A stretch of DNA of 59,082 nt, filler included, from Basidioascus undulatus (taxonomy: Eukaryota): the NCBI GenBank assembly GCA_000826855.1. It is 5 parts of 5 records of this genome, joined end to end, with 100 filler letters (N's around TTAATTAATTAA, not from the genome) between each part and the next. Parts side by side here need not be neighbours in the genome. Positions count along the whole stretch, not along the records: positions 1 to 7,670 come from JTLS01001509.1; positions 7,771 to 35,816 come from JTLS01000151.1; 3 more parts are not named here. The stretch is one strand, 5' to 3'. Each line of letters starts with the position of its first letter. Position 1 is the first letter of the stretch. Position numbers and translations under genes: made by a program. Below the pieces are notes generated by a model that was not told the DNA's origin, searched no databases, and was given only the letters and a program-made list of their open reading frames with translations. Positions 1 through 12,962 of the stretch are shown one piece after another.

Positions 1-85
1 GAAGAGAAGGAGGGGAGGGGAGAGGGGAAAAGGAGGGGAGGGGAGAGAAGAAAGGGAGGGGAGGGGAGAAAGAGAGGGCACGCAC

Positions 86-1363
86 GCTTCGACGTCGCCG
101 TACTGGTCGAACTCCGATGCCTTGCACCCGTCCCCGTCCTTGTAGACCTCGACGCGACCGTTGAGGTCGACCTCGAGGCGCTCGACGACCTTGCCGGACT
201 CGTCCCAGAACTTGGGCAGGACGCAGGACGCGTTGTGGTCGTTGTTAAACTTGAAGTCGGGGTACTCGGTGATGCCCCACGGCGCGTAGTCCGGCCGCTT
301 CCACACCGCGTCGTACTCCGTGAGGCTGAAGTCCGCGGAGCTGTTGAGGCGGCTGGAGAGAGGGAAGTGTAGGCGATGAGCAGAGATCGCGCGGTGCGTC
401 TCGGTGCCTGAAACTCACCCCTTCCAGCCGATCAGGTCGCCCATCGTACCGACCGTGAAGTCGAGGATGACGTAGCTGAGGGAAGAGAGTCAACATCTAG
501 CAGCCCGCACAGCGGGGAGCTCCTAAGCTCACATTCCGGCAGCGTGCAGCGCATCAATTGTGTTGCGCCATTCCTGGACGGTGCCGAAGTGGGGGTCGAA
601 GAGCGTAAAGTCGAGCGCCGAGTAGCCGTCCGCCGCCCACGGCATGGTGACCTGCGCCGTCAGCAAACGCGTCAGCTCTATGGAATCGTGCGGACATCAC
701 GAGTGGACCGGGCTGACGCACGAAGGGCGTTCCGATGATGTAGACGGCCCTGATGCCGAGCGAGACGAGGTAGTCGATGCGCTTTCCGAGACCGACGACG
801 TCGCCGCCGTGCCGAAGCGTGTTCTCGCGCCAGTCCCACTCGAAGATCGTCTCGAAGAAGTCGTTGTTGGAGGGATCACCGTCCGCGAACTTGTCAAGCA
901 TCAACTGTTGGATGAAGCGAGGCGTTCAGACGGCTCGCAGGTTATGGGAGAGGAAGGCTGTCGGGCGTACACTGTACGTTGGCAAGGCGCGCCAGTTCTT
1001 TGGAGACTCGGTGTAGCGGCGGTTGGCGGCAGGACGCTCGGAATCGTACTCCAGCACGTTCGTCGCATCGCGGTTGACGTTGATGTTCTGTTCCCACCAC
1101 GGAGTCAGTTTGCAAGTCCCGCCTGACCACTTCTTCCTTTCGCCCCGATCCCCTCCCCGCCCAGGCCTGCTGCGAGTGGATCCGATACTGACCCAAGGGG
1201 CAAGCGTTTCGTTGTACTGTTCGAATAACCCGTTATTCAGCGTCCATCGTCACGCAGACAGATGTCCGAGAAAGCGCACCGGAGCCGCCGAGACAAATTG
1301 GGAGATGAGGAGCGCAGCGGTCAGCGCCGCCAGAGCTATCCTCGAGAAGGCCGAAAAGCTCAT
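86..1363 (-). CDS. ags1: Alpha-1,3-glucan synthase (Ags1/Mok family), N-terminal signal peptide plus GH13-like extracellular domain; multi-exon, continues beyond window start
   Basis: Spliced translation gives MSFSAFSRIALAALTAALLISQFVSAAP|YNETLAPW|NINVNRDATNVLEYD..SPKNWRALP..LDKFADGDPSNND..HGGDVVG..DYLVSLGIRAVYIIGTPF|VTMPWAADGYSALDFTLLDPHFGT..YVILDFTVGTMGDLIG..CKASEFDQYGDVEA. These are characteristic Ags1 N-terminal motifs. Introns are GT-AG. Confidence 0.92.
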
Positions 1364-3472
1364 GCCGCAGATGTGACGAGGCGGCGTGGACGCGGAGGTG
1401 ATTCGATTAGTGTATGACGGTGGCCAGATGCAACGAGAGCAACAGAGGCAGAATAAGCCGGTTAAGGTATCTTGGCCGGCAGGAAGGCGGCGCAGAGATC
1501 ATAATCAGGCACGGCCCCTTACCCAGTGCAAGTAGGACAGCCTCCACGTCTGTGCCCGCGACGGCTTCTAGCCGGACCGCGCGTTCAGTGGATGCCAGCA
1601 CAGGAGCATTTGGTCCCTCGGGGAACGCGGCGGTCCAAAGGGGACGGCTGTGACAGATCCAAGGCCGCGATGACCGATGCTAACGTACGTTCGTCTCGGG
1701 GACGAACAATGATTTCGCCAGGAAGATGATGTGAGCTGGAAAGTCGTCGAAACGCTATCTGCATGATGCGCAAAATACATGGTGTGTTAGTAGGCTGAAA
1801 TGTGTGAAAAGGGTGAAAAAAGAAACGAGTGTTTGCGTGGTTGTGCGGGATGTGGACGGTCGGATCTTTAGGGCTGTTTAACGGGCTCTGAAATCGCCAA
1901 AGTGCGGTTGCCCCCGCTTCATCAAGGGGCACTTTTCATCCCAAAATCAAGTTGCCATGTTTTTTTTGTCATTAAGGTGAACTCTCGGTAGGATGTCCCT
2001 CCCGGACTTCCCCTTACCGCTGCTGTGCAACAACCTCGCACAGCCGCACGCTCGTGCGTACTCACAAACACCGCCAGGCGAATCAGAGCAGTAGTCTTCA
2101 TAAATAGCGGATTAATGCGCACAAATGCGCAACAATTTTGAGTACATCATTCTCGTGGAGCATTGATGGCTTCTCATGTCCCAATGCGCGCAGTGATCTC
2201 GATCATAGAAGCCCTTGTGAGACGTTCTGAAGGGGTTCCTCTCGTCAAGTCCTGAGAACGAACTTCGCGAGTAACGGAGGACTACGACGAGTAACCGACG
2301 TTTGACGAAGCGAAACACCGTTCAATCTTTCTTTGTAACCTCAATATAGATTGTTACGTCCTTCAGAGGCATCAAACTGCAATACAATCCTGAGTATACC
2401 AGTTTGTGGACCCCTCACAGATGCTCACGCAGGGCTGTGTATCCTGAAGAGCGGCCGACCACTGCCGTCTCTGGCGAAGATCAACGTACTCCGGCACGAC
2501 TCCAAGTAATAGAATATATAATTGGAAAGGTCCTTCTTGACTATTTCTGGCCTTCATAGGGCCACATCGTCTGCAGGGGGTTGCGACAATGTGCACACCA
2601 AAGGCGCTCGCGCCTACACTCCAGCTGCTAAGCGGCTAAGTGCGCTTTACCACACTCTGTACAACCTCTTCTTTAGTTTACCGTGAGGCAATATGTGGAG
2701 TTGCTGCCATTTCTAGGGCGGCGATGCTGCTAGCGTGTGCATCTGTTCGAGAATGTCGCATAGGTTGCGGCCCTAGAAAGCGGCATGGCCAAAATATAAT
2801 CTATTGGTAAAGTTGTCATCCAGATATCCCACTTTTCTGTATAGGCTTCTCACTCCAACTGCGCCGCCGCGTGGATCAGCGTGTCGCCTGTCGCCGAGCT
2901 TGCCTGAATCCACCACTGTTCCCTTTGCGTGTGACCTTGAACCTACGAAAGGCATTCTAACCAGCTTTAACGCTATTATAGTAGATAAATATTAAAGCAG
3001 CGAACCCCCCATATAAGCTCGCTCGCTGCATGTCGTGTGTAGGGCTGCCATCATCGAAAGCCTCCAGATCTTCTGGCCGACGCGATTTGGGAGCTCGATC
3101 TTGAGGTACAATGACGAATCCAATTTGAGTGATCTGGACTTCTGAAAGTCCCAGTGCGTTCAAAGATCCAGCCCCATACGCACGTTTGTTGGGCCGATGA
3201 ATCCCACAACTCAGACCGCCGTGTGCGCTCGCAAGCAACTCGCAAGCCCACCAATCGCAGAAGTTTTTGTGAACCACAGGAAAAAGCTTTCACCCAAGAT
3301 GATCTGAAATTACTCCACGCATATGCTACAACCGAGCAATTTCCTATTTAGAAGCGTGTCGCGGGCGAATACCCAAAAGACAAATGCCAGTCAGGCCTCT
3401 TGCGCACTCGCTGACTCGCTCTAGCCACCAAAAAGCTACACCTTATGTATGGAAAGGCTGGCAAAACATATG

Positions 3473-3572
3473 CGACCAGAGCAGGATTTGAACCTACGCG
3501 GGCAGAGCCCAACAGATGATCAAGGTAAAAACACGTTCTAGTCTGTCGCCTTAACCACTCGGCCATATGGTC
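3473..3572 (-). tRNA. tRNA-Ser(AGA) with 18-nt intron after position 37
   Basis: Reverse strand reads GACCATA TGGCCGAGTGGTTAAGGCG ACAGA CT AGA A [CGTGTTTTTACCTTGATC] A TCTGT TGGGCTCTGCCCGC GTAGGTTCAAATCCTGC TCTGGTC G. It has A and B boxes, a long variable arm, discriminator G and an 82-nt mature length. There is one U:C mismatch in the acceptor stem. Confidence 0.93.
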
Positions 3573-6500
3573 TTATGTAAAGACGGAGTCGCTTCCCCCT
3601 AATGAAAACGGACAGTGTTAGGAAGATGCTGCGGAGCGATGCTTGAGGGAAGGGGGCAAAAGTGAAGACTATGTGTGCGAACGTGGACGTCCTGAGGCCT
3701 CGTGCGGAGAGCGGGTCGTTGTGAGCTGCTTGTGAGGCCTAGGTGCTTTGTCGGCCAAACTCCCGCCAGTTAGTAGGTCCAGCATCTGATATCCCCCTCC
3801 ATAGAGCCTAGGGCAAAAAAAATCCGAAAGTCGCACCCATCGCGGTGCAGCACTGAAGCCCTTCAGAGCGGAAGGGCGAAAACACCACCTCTCAGCAACG
3901 ATATGGGCACAATGCTCCCGCAAATGACAAGGCAATAGAGCGTACAGCCCATAGCTTTTTCGCCTACCTGATTGGAGATTTGTGCAAAACAGCATCGGGC
4001 GAGCTGAGGGAAAGATTTATAGCCTGAGGGCGAAGTTGCGCATCGTGCAAAGAGTAGCCTGAGCCCGACGGCAGATTACTGCAAAAACGCGCAGAAGGCC
4101 TATGTCAACATTGAGCAGTCGTGACCCAGTGATACTCCAAATACTATGTCTTCCAGTAGCGATGCGGCTCAGGCTAAGCTTCCCTGGAGATAAGTGCAGC
4201 AGAGGCAGCCGTACAGCGGCGAGGGGGTTCTTGCGTTCGCAAACTTATGCAGAAGTGTGTCACAGCATCTGAGCCTCCAACAACCTTTCGGTTAAGAAAT
4301 GGATAAAGTTCTCCTCTCCTGACTCAGTGCTAGTTGAGCGGCAGTGTGATACAGGTGTAGCCGAGGCATCCGCACAACGACGGCCGGCCTCTCCTGCGGC
4401 AGGATTCCGCTGAAGCTCGCAGTTGGCAGATACACCAGCCCAATCTCTGATTGTTGAGCAAATAAATAAGAGTATTGTATTCAGGATCCTCTGGTGTATC
4501 TGTGCTCACACAGCCGCGCCCTCTGAAGCAGCTCTCAACGGGCGTCGGACTCGATCGCAACGTTGACTCGTCTTCGCTTCACTCCACCGGCGATCAAAAG
4601 TACAAAAACTTCACGGGTTCTACTCCAATCTCGCCGATAGCCAAATCAAAAAGCCCCGCATTGGCAAAGGCCGCTGCCACCGAGCTGCAGGGGGCACAGT
4701 AATGGTTCCGCTCAACGCAATATCGCCAGCGGTTTGAACCGGGAGCCAGGCGGCTAGATCGCCGTAGGGTGAGAGTTGAGCATGGGCGAGAATGTGCGGA
4801 GGCGAGAAGACGAGGCGAAACAAGATAACGAGAACAAAGGGGCTACGGCAACCGTTTGAAACCCTGCAAGCCGGCCCTGCGGCACGGTCGCTCGTCCAAT
4901 CGAGTCTTCCATCAGCACAGCAATCATCGATCAATTTGTCCTTTTCCAATCATGAGTTGAAATACTTTTCAACTACCTCATATGGATTAAAGGAGCGAAG
5001 ACCCGTCATAAAAATGGAGGACTTGGCGCGCCGCAAGGCTCAGTAGTCGGCGAGTAAAAGTCAAGACTATCAGTGCCCACTTCATTCACTGTGCGATTTC
5101 ACCATCTCATTAAGGCTGAGTCTACAAGAAGGACACAAGTGATGGGTGCTTATCAGGAGAGCGCAACAGCCTGTGACCCATCATGTTGCGAGACGTCGTA
5201 GCCGCTGCCCATCAACGGTACCACTCACTGCCGGTCTGTGACTAGCGGGTGCTTTTATGATAAGTTCCAGTTACTTCAAGGGTGATACATTAATCCCCAA
5301 AACAGAGCATTGAGCCACGTAGTGATTGCAGGGGACGAGCTGCTTCGCGACATCACCTTCGGTCCCTCAGCCCATGGCCAGCATTGTCCCCACGCGTCGT
5401 GGCCGCTTTATCTTCAGTTCTTCTCGTCAACCTTTGAGACTGTGAAACGCACCCTTGGCAACCCATCACCCAGCCTAGATTCTGGAGCGTCCGGACTTGA
5501 AGACGAAGTCGCCGCACCTGCGTCTTTCAGCGCCAGACCTAGGCACCGGCAGCGTTCTCCAATGAACACAGTGTCTCTGGTCCGACTTAGACAGCGGAAA
5601 GAGACTCTGAATTTCAAGAGGGAAGAAGGCTATAATACTAGGAGAGCTGGACGGTGCACTGCATCTGGCTCATCTGGTTTCTCCGATTGAGGATCTTCGA
5701 GGCTGTCCACGACTCACGCAGAGCACGCCTGAGTCACGATTACTTTGTGAACCCCAAATTAGCTTTCATAAGATGCTAGATAGTATACGCCTGAAATCTT
5801 TCGAAAAAGCATTCCCCATCAACCCAGCTGGATTCGCGCAGCAGTCAGCTCCCCACTTTCATCAGCCCGCTCACTGTACTACCAGGGACTGACGCACTTT
5901 ACACTGCTGCTTGCGATTCCTCCGCCCCAACTCCTCCATCCACCCGATAACCACCCTCAACCCCTTCCATCCCAACCGCTGTACTCCCCCCGCCTGCCCC
6001 ACTGCGCCCTACGCGTGCATGCACGCGCAGCCGCCTCCTCGACTGCTTCCCGCCTCCCGCGAGGCGCTTGAAGCGCATTGATCTTCTGGATGAGATCCGT
6101 TCGGCGATGGCTTTGACGGAAGGCGTCGATGGGTACTGGCTAGGTCAGGGGTTTGGAGGTGAAGAGGGCCTTTGCCCGAGTGGGAGTGGATGGCCTCGTT
6201 CCGCTCGAGAAGCACAAGGAAGGCACCGTTCCGTCTTCCAACTGACTCATCAGCCCATCGCCCTGGTACACCGGGCCGGATGGGCAGATAAGGGAGTGAG
6301 GGCGGTCGACCAAACAGTACCGAGAGGGCGGGCTGCGTGGCCGTGAGCGCTAAGCTGTATTCTCAAGCCCGCGGATCGGGTGCCGGTCGAACGAGTGCCG
6401 ACTATCGAGCGAACATTCCTTTTTCCTCATAGAGGACTGCCTCTCCATTTTTCGCATCTCTCGCGTGAGAGAGCAGAAGATGTAGCATGTGGAAAGTCTC

Positions 6501-7371
6501 TCAAGCGACTGGCTAGCAGCGGTGGAACACAAGACCATCAATAGTGACCCTGTAACGGTTCCTTCCGTTGGAAGCTGTGTGAAGGTAGAAACTAGAAGTT
6601 CCTATGGCGGGAAAGCACACCCACCGCGACCCGGGGAGGTGAATACTCACTGACGGAGGCAGCCTTCTGTGGTGCTTGATAGAGAGGTTGACTTTGAAAC
6701 CGGTCAGTTTTACTGCACATCCTATATTGGTGGAGATTTAGCCATTGAACAACCATTGCCTTTCCTGGAAGGGGACACTGGACCACTCAGATACTCGTCG
6801 AGCGGATGGGCAGTCGCACAGGCAACGCCGCCGTTCTCGCCAATGCTCTTCAAAAGCGCATGTACCCCATAGCTCCTAACAGGACCACAGAAGGCGTGAT
6901 CACATTAATTACCTCATGTCCAGTCTCCGAGACTGCGTGCACCTGCGCTCCGTCCTAGCAGATAAAGCAGGCAGTCCGACGGAAGCCCCCCTGAATGCGC
7001 AGCTGCAGTCTCTCCCCTCGACGATGTACCGGCTAATCACGAGACTATCCAGTCCGAATCTGGATGCTTAGTGGCTTATAGGGATACGCACTGTTCTCGA
7101 ACAGGACTGCACCCTTCGTAATGGATCCCGCCACAGTGCAGTGACCGCACCTAAAGCCACGCAGCCCTCCCCGAGCACAGCGCAGCCCAGCTCACAGTAG
7201 TTCAACGCTCGCTTTCGAGATCTCACATCTTCTTTCCCCTTCATCTCACTGATATCCATGTATGTCTTTGTATTCTTTTCCAAGATCCTCCCCCCTCCTC
7301 GCCCTCCCCTTCTCCCTCTGCTTTCCACCCTCCCATCCCCTACTCCACTCCCTCCCTCTCCCTTCCCCCGC

Positions 7372-7526
7372 CTAAGCGGCTTTCCCCTTCCCCTTCGCCC
7401 TCGCGCGCCTCGCTGCAGGGTGCGCCGCGTTCAGCGCCTTGAACACGCCGAGCGCGAACGTCGCCGCGAGGGCGTAGATCGCGAGCCGCCCGAGGGGGGG
7501 GGAGAGGGTGAGGAATGGGTAGGGGA
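7372..7526 (-). CDS. Last exon of a FAR-17a/AIG1-like membrane protein (upstream part lost in gap)
   Basis: After a pyrimidine tract and CTCAG acceptor the exon reads xPYPFLTLSPPLGRLAIYALAATFALGVFKALNAAHPAARRARAKGKGKAA*. PYPFL followed by a TM helix is typical of the FAR-17a/AIG1 C-terminus. Confidence 0.65.
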
Positions 7527-7670
7527 CTGAGTACGAGAGGAAGGGAGGGAGGGAACTCAGTTAGGAAGAGGACGGTTGGCAGGGGAAGAATTGGATGGGA
7601 AGGGGCGAAAGGGGGGGGGGCGGAAAATTGCTGCATTTGTTCATCGAACAAGCCCCGATGCCGGGCCAAA

Positions 7671-7770
7671 NNNNNNNNNNNNNNNNNNNNNNNNNNNNNN
7701 NNNNNNNNNNNNNNTTAATTAATTAANNNNNNNNNNNNNNNNNNNNNNNNNNNNNNNNNNNNNNNNNNNN
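7671..7770. other. Assembly gap spacer (N44-TTAATTAATTAA-N44)
   Basis: Exact 100-nt artificial linker with stop codons in all six frames. Confidence 0.99.
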
Positions 7771-8096
7771 CCCACCCCTACCTCTCCCGGGCCCTCCATC
7801 CCCTCGCTCACACTGCGCCTTCCCATAAGGGGCAGCGAACGCGCCTCCGCGCGCCCGCTGCCGGTGCCGACGGGGCTCACGGGCCCGCGGTCAAAGGCCG
7901 CAAAGCGCGCGGCCTTGTCGCGCACGCTGAGGGTCCCGCTCCCGCTGGAGTTTGTGCGGATCGCGAGGGGCGGTGGGGACGCAGGGGAGGGCGAGGGGGA
8001 CGGCGTGCGCGATTGCAGGGCCGAGATCCGGTCGGCTAGGGAGGGGGTCGGCGTCGTTGAGGTGGGACGCGCAGGGGAGGGAGTGGGAGACGCCAT
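7771..8096 (-). CDS. Hypothetical Ser/Pro-rich protein, N-terminal part (truncated by gap)
   Basis: MASPTPSPARPTSTTPTPSLADRISALQSR..SVRDKAARFAAFD..; GC-rich codon usage like neighbouring genes, open into the gap. Confidence 0.55.
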
Positions 8097-8905
8097 CGTA
8101 CGCTGCTTGGAGGGAGAACGGCGCAAGGAAAGAGGAAGGAGTTGAGTGCACATGTCCTTGCTGGCAGGAGCGCTGCAGACTACTCACAGTCTGTATGAAT
8201 TTCCCGTCTTTTCGGCCCCTTTTTCTCGCCCAGAAAATAGAGGAAGTAGAAATAAATGGAAAAGAGCGACTGTGAATATTATGGAGGGACCGGATGAGCG
8301 GCAAAGGAGTGGGAGGCAGGGGAGCGAGAGCGAGCTGCCATCGTGCTTGGCCAGGAGCGCACTGCGCACGCGCCTCTCGTGAAACGCGGCACGAATGTCA
8401 AGGGGTGTACCGTAGGTCTAGTAGGCGACAGTGTACAGTAGGTCTACTAACACTTGGACTGGCAAGCAACGCAAAGAGCAGATTACTTTCAGTGTGCCAT
8501 GACAAGGTCAAAGTATTACTCTGATTTACTTTCCGTTCTTGTGGCCAGACACACAGTCGCGAATGTGGCAGTGGGGCTTGCAGTGGAAGACGGGAGCCCC
8601 ATCCGCGAGCAAACCTCGACCCCTCCGCCGGCGTCTCCCCGTCCCTCGGTCCGTGCACCCTTGTACGCAGCGGGTCGACGCTGTCCGTGTCTGTTTCGCC
8701 CCGTCACAGGCAATCTCGGTTCTTGTTCATCTTCTTTCCTCCCGTCATCTCGTTACGACCAAAACCAAAATTCAACTTTCCACGCTGTGAAGCGAGGACG
8801 ACACACTTAACGACCTTCTGAGACGACCCCTTCCCACGACCGTAGACGACCCCCCCTCCTCCCCCTCCCCCTCCTCACACACACACAGTTGCGCCTGGCT
8901 GGACA

Positions 8906-9534
8906 ATGATGCAGCGCACTGTGTCGGATGGGCCGGGTAGGAGCTACAGCGGGAATATGGTGCGTCCATCTATGGGCTTCCCATCCTCCAGATCCGACCT
9001 CATCCATCTCTCTCCGAGCAGAGCACCGCCCCGACCCCTTCGCGCTCCTCCTCCCGTCGCTCGGTCATGCCCCTTGCCTCGCCCACGGCGTCCATCGCCT
9101 CGGACGACAGTACCTCGGGCAGCGGCATCACCCTGCGCAAGACGTCCTCCGCGGACGACCTCCTCCGCCAGTGGAAGGCCGAGGCGCAGCAGACCGCCGC
9201 CTTCTCAGCCTTGACCAGTGCCGCCGGTGCTGGCCCCTTCAATTCCCCGCACCCGCACCCACACCCGTACCAGTTCCCCTCCGCCCCGCTCTCCGCCTCC
9301 GCAACGACCTCCACGACCCGCACCGCCCGCGCATCGACCACGCCCTCGCACCACCCGCCGCGCACCATTCTTGGACCCCGCCTGTTCATGGTCGGTCTCG
9401 ATCGGGGCGGGGACAGCGGGGGTGGGCTTCGCGGGCGTCTCGGGCTGAGGCGTGGGGGACGGAGACGCAGAGGATCCCATCTTGGTCAACTGATGAAAAA
9501 AGGAAAAAGCGAACCCGAGAGTGTAAGAGCGTAG
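8906..9534 (+). CDS. Hypothetical low-complexity protein, 2 exons (intron 8960-9021)
   Basis: MMQRTVSDGPGRSYSGNM|GTGCGT..CAG|STAPTPSRSSSRRSVMPLASPTAS..DDLLRQWKAEAQ joins in frame across the intron. Confidence 0.5.
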
Positions 9535-9657
9535 AGCAAGGGCGGGCGTGATCAGCGTCGGAAGACAAGCTGGCGAACTCTCCACTGGAGCGCGTCGCGC
9601 GCTGCCGCCGCCAAACGAAAGGCAGTCTGGCTCAGCGGGCTTTGGCCATTGACCATC

Positions 9658-11044
9658 ATGTCCTCGACGTCTCGCCGGCGCTCGGCCTCGCCGGACCGCC
9701 ATCGTAGGCGACACAGGGACGACGGCAAGCACGCAGAATTGTCGTCATCCAGACGCAGGTCGCGCGATAGGGACCGGGACAGGGACAGGGAGTGGGACCG
9801 CGATGAGCGGAAGAGTAGCAGGCGCAAGGACTACTCGTCTTCGCCTGAGCCTGTGCCGCCTGAGGAACAGATATCGGAGGACGACTTCTTTTTGAAGGTG
9901 CGCTGCATTCTCCTCCCCTCGCCCAAGTCGAGCTCACTCCATTTCGTTGCCTAGTCTGCCGAGTTCCGCTCATGGCTTGTCCGTCCTCCGCCTCATACCT
10001 TCCTTTCACTTACACCCTAACGGTTTTACCACGCCCAATTTGAGCAGAAAGACGACCGCGGCAAGTACTTTACCGACCTCGACGGCGAGACGGCGCGGCA
10101 TTACTTCCGCAAGTGCGTCCAGTCCATCGGCCCTCCTCCTGCCTTCTTATGCTCACCCAACTCACAGATTCGTAAAGAAATGGAACCGCGGTCAGCTTGA
10201 TCCTGAGCTGTACAAGGGCCCTCCGGCCGTGCGGTCCTCAGCTGTGCAGAGCCGGCATGCGTGGTCGTTCAAGGTGCGCTGGCTTCCCTTTACTTCCTCC
10301 TTCCCACATCTGCTCCTGACTATCCTCCACATCCACCCAGGGTACCACCCAAAAAGAGCTCGCCTCCGTCCGGGCGGAGCAAGAAGCCGCCTCGACCTCT
10401 TTCGGGCCGACGCCCTCCTCGTCCCGACGGACGCTCGGCCCCTCTCTCCCACCCCCCTCCACATCCTCCTCCAACCCCTCCCTATCCGACATCCAACTCG
10501 CCCGCGAAGCCGCCGCGGACGCTGCGGACGCCGCCCGGGGCACCGCACAGGCCGCGCGGCGGCAGGACCGTCGGGAGGCGCGCGAGCTTACGGAGGAGCT
10601 TGCGCCGCGCGCGACGGGGCGCGAGGCGGCGATCGAGAAGCGCAAAGAGGCGAATGCGGTCAATCGCTCGATGCGCGAACGTAGCCCTGGTGGACTTGAG
10701 ATGGATGAGGGGTTCTTGATGGGCGGGGATAGCTTTGCGGCGAGGTGCGCTAGCTTTTCCCTCGCCCTCCGAGAAGAGAAAAGGTAGAAGTCTGATGCAT
10801 GGTGGTGTGGGGAACAGAGTCGCCGCGCGCGACGCCGCGCGCGAGCGCAAGTCACGCGGGAAGCAAGACGCGCGCGCAGAGCGCGCCGCAGAGATGGACG
10901 AGAAGCGCGCGGCGTACCGCGCGAAGGAGGACGCGACGATGGCCATGTTCAAAGGTGCGTCCGGTTGCCGTGCCATCCCCACGTCTCGGGAGGGTACTGA
11001 CCCGCGGGGGGGGAGTAGATCTGGCGAAGGCGCGTTTTGGGTAA
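9658..11044 (+). CDS. Style cell-cycle inhibitor 1 (SCI1)-like RS-rich nuclear protein, multi-exon
   Basis: Spliced translation: RS/RD-rich N-terminus, then ISEDDFFLK|SAEFRSWL|KDDRGKYFTDLDGETARHYFRK|FVKKWNRGQLDPELY..EELAPRATGREAAIEKRKE..LMGGDSF..KEDATMAMFK|DLAKARFG*. This matches the fungal SCI1-like family pattern. Confidence 0.8.
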
Positions 11045-11666
11045 GTTGTGAAGAGGAACAGGGAGAGGGGGATGAGGACGGATGAAGATGCATCTGCTGT
11101 CGAGATGCTGGTGTGAGATTTCGCATTGGTACCACCGCGGATGGGTAGTTTGGACTGGAATTATGTACTCACCATCGTAACAGACTTGAATTCCAATTCG
11201 CCGCTCCGTCCCAGCATGCTTCTGGCCGGGGGCGGGTGCAGTACCGGCCTGCTGTCCGGCCGCACCTGGGACCGAGGCTGAATAGGCACCAGTCGACGCT
11301 GTAGGTACCGATGCGTCCGTTGGTTCGTCGAAATGCCCCGCGATGAATTGCGGTATTGGGTCAGATATGCGCACCTGCTGCGAGTGCCGATACTCACCGA
11401 CACCTGGAACTTCTCTACACACCGACTTTATGGAAAACTGGAAGTTTAAATGCCTCGTTTATGTATGAAGCGGCCAGCAATCGGCAGGCTTCGCGCTTCG
11501 TCATCCAAGCGTCAAGGAGTCCAAAAACGGACAACGCCGCGGTGCTCATCGCCGCGTCCCTTGTTATGTAACTACCCAGCATCACCATCTCCCAACCACG
11601 CCCGATAGCCCTTCCCAACCACACCTTCTTCCTGCTTCAACCACTCCACCGTGTCTCATCGATCAA

Positions 11667-12458
11667 ATGACTTTCACAACACTTCCCCTTGAGATCCTCC
11701 GGCTCATCATCGCGGAAGTTGGGGCGCCTTCTCACCCGCTCGCATACGGGAGGGACTCAGCCACGCTCGCCTCGCTCTGCCTCGTGTCTCGCTCTTTCCA
11801 CGCAGTGGCGTGCCCCCTCCTCTACTCATCAATTACCTTGGGGTCGAAGTATCAGACCGAGAAGCTTTCACATACGGCGGAAACGAGCCCGCAGTTCGTC
11901 GCTTGGACTCAATCGCTACACTTCAGCCACTATCTCGCTTACCACTCAAGCACGCTCCTCGCGCAAAAGATGACTGGGATCAGGCGCCTTTTCTTTACCA
12001 CATCTCCATATCTTTGGTTCCATGGCTCTAATCTGGAAGAGTGCTCGCTGCCTTATCATCACTTTTCGAGTTATCACTTACCTCCATGTGTCGGCAACCG
12101 TTCAACGCCTGGCACTGGGGCACGTCCCATTCGAAACCCCGCAATCCATCGAATACCTTTCGAAGATGCCGCGTCTTACACATCTCGCTGTTACTCACAC
12201 GTGCAAAGATGAGCAATACCTGAGTGGCATCTCGCAGTTACTGAATCGCGCTCCGTCAATACGCAAGCTCATCTTGGGATTGGAACATGGTAAAGGAAGA
12301 GAAGATCCATCTGGTGGAAAAGCTATACGACTCGGTCCGCAAGCGGATAAATCTCCATATCGTGGTGGCGTATCGCGGCAACGTAGAGAGGACAAGAGGT
12401 TGGCTGATTGACGGCCTCCGCGAGCGACGGGACGGTCTGGGAGGTCGACGACCTCTGA
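11667..12458 (+). pseudogene. F-box-like protein, 'GAPSHPLAY' family copy 1, frameshifted
   Basis: MTFTTLPLEILRLIIAEVGAPSHPLAYGRDSATLASLCLVSRSFHAVACPLLYSSITL. Homology to the paralogs continues through frame switches near 12080, 12290 and 12420 to SDGTVWEVDDL*. Confidence 0.75.
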
Positions 12459-12962
12459 CCGATCCGCAGGATGACATAGGGTTGATGGGTTCAACCTTCT
12501 GAGGAACATGTACTGTTTAACTAGCTCACCACACAGCACAGGACTGGAATGCAAACACGCAGTGCCGAAACCTCCCGCGGGGCACGACTCGAAGCGGCAA
12601 TAGCAAAGCTTCAAGCCACTAGGATCCTAAGAGCAATCGTCTACGCTGCAGAAAATTCATTGGAAAAGCGAGCCTCCGAATGCCCAGGGTAGGCTCCGGC
12701 CGGTGTTCCAGGCTGATCCACCAGAGCGCAGCCACCGGCCAAAGTCCTACTTTCGCAACGCAGAAGCAAGCGGTCTGGTAGAGACTAATCGGTTGGCAAC
12801 GAAGAAGCGTGGGCCGTTTGAGCTGGATCAGTTTGAGGAAGGCTTTGGTTCAGAACGACCCTTACTGTGTTGCATCCACTCTTGACCGTCTTCTCGTATC
12901 ACTCATCCACACCATCGCTAGTAACTGGTGCAGAAAATGCTCAATGGTATCCTAACGCTCGC

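Noticed and set aside
1400..7250. Numerous short ORFs around the tRNA, including a coding-like patch near 5980-6200
   Set aside because: No recognisable motifs, consistent splice pattern or terminal repeats; cannot support a call.
7715..7726. Palindromic TTAATTAATTAA repeated four times in the window (also at 35861, 43629, 51387)
   Set aside because: Always centred in N44..N44; an artificial six-frame stop linker, not a biological repeat or a piggyBac TTAA site.
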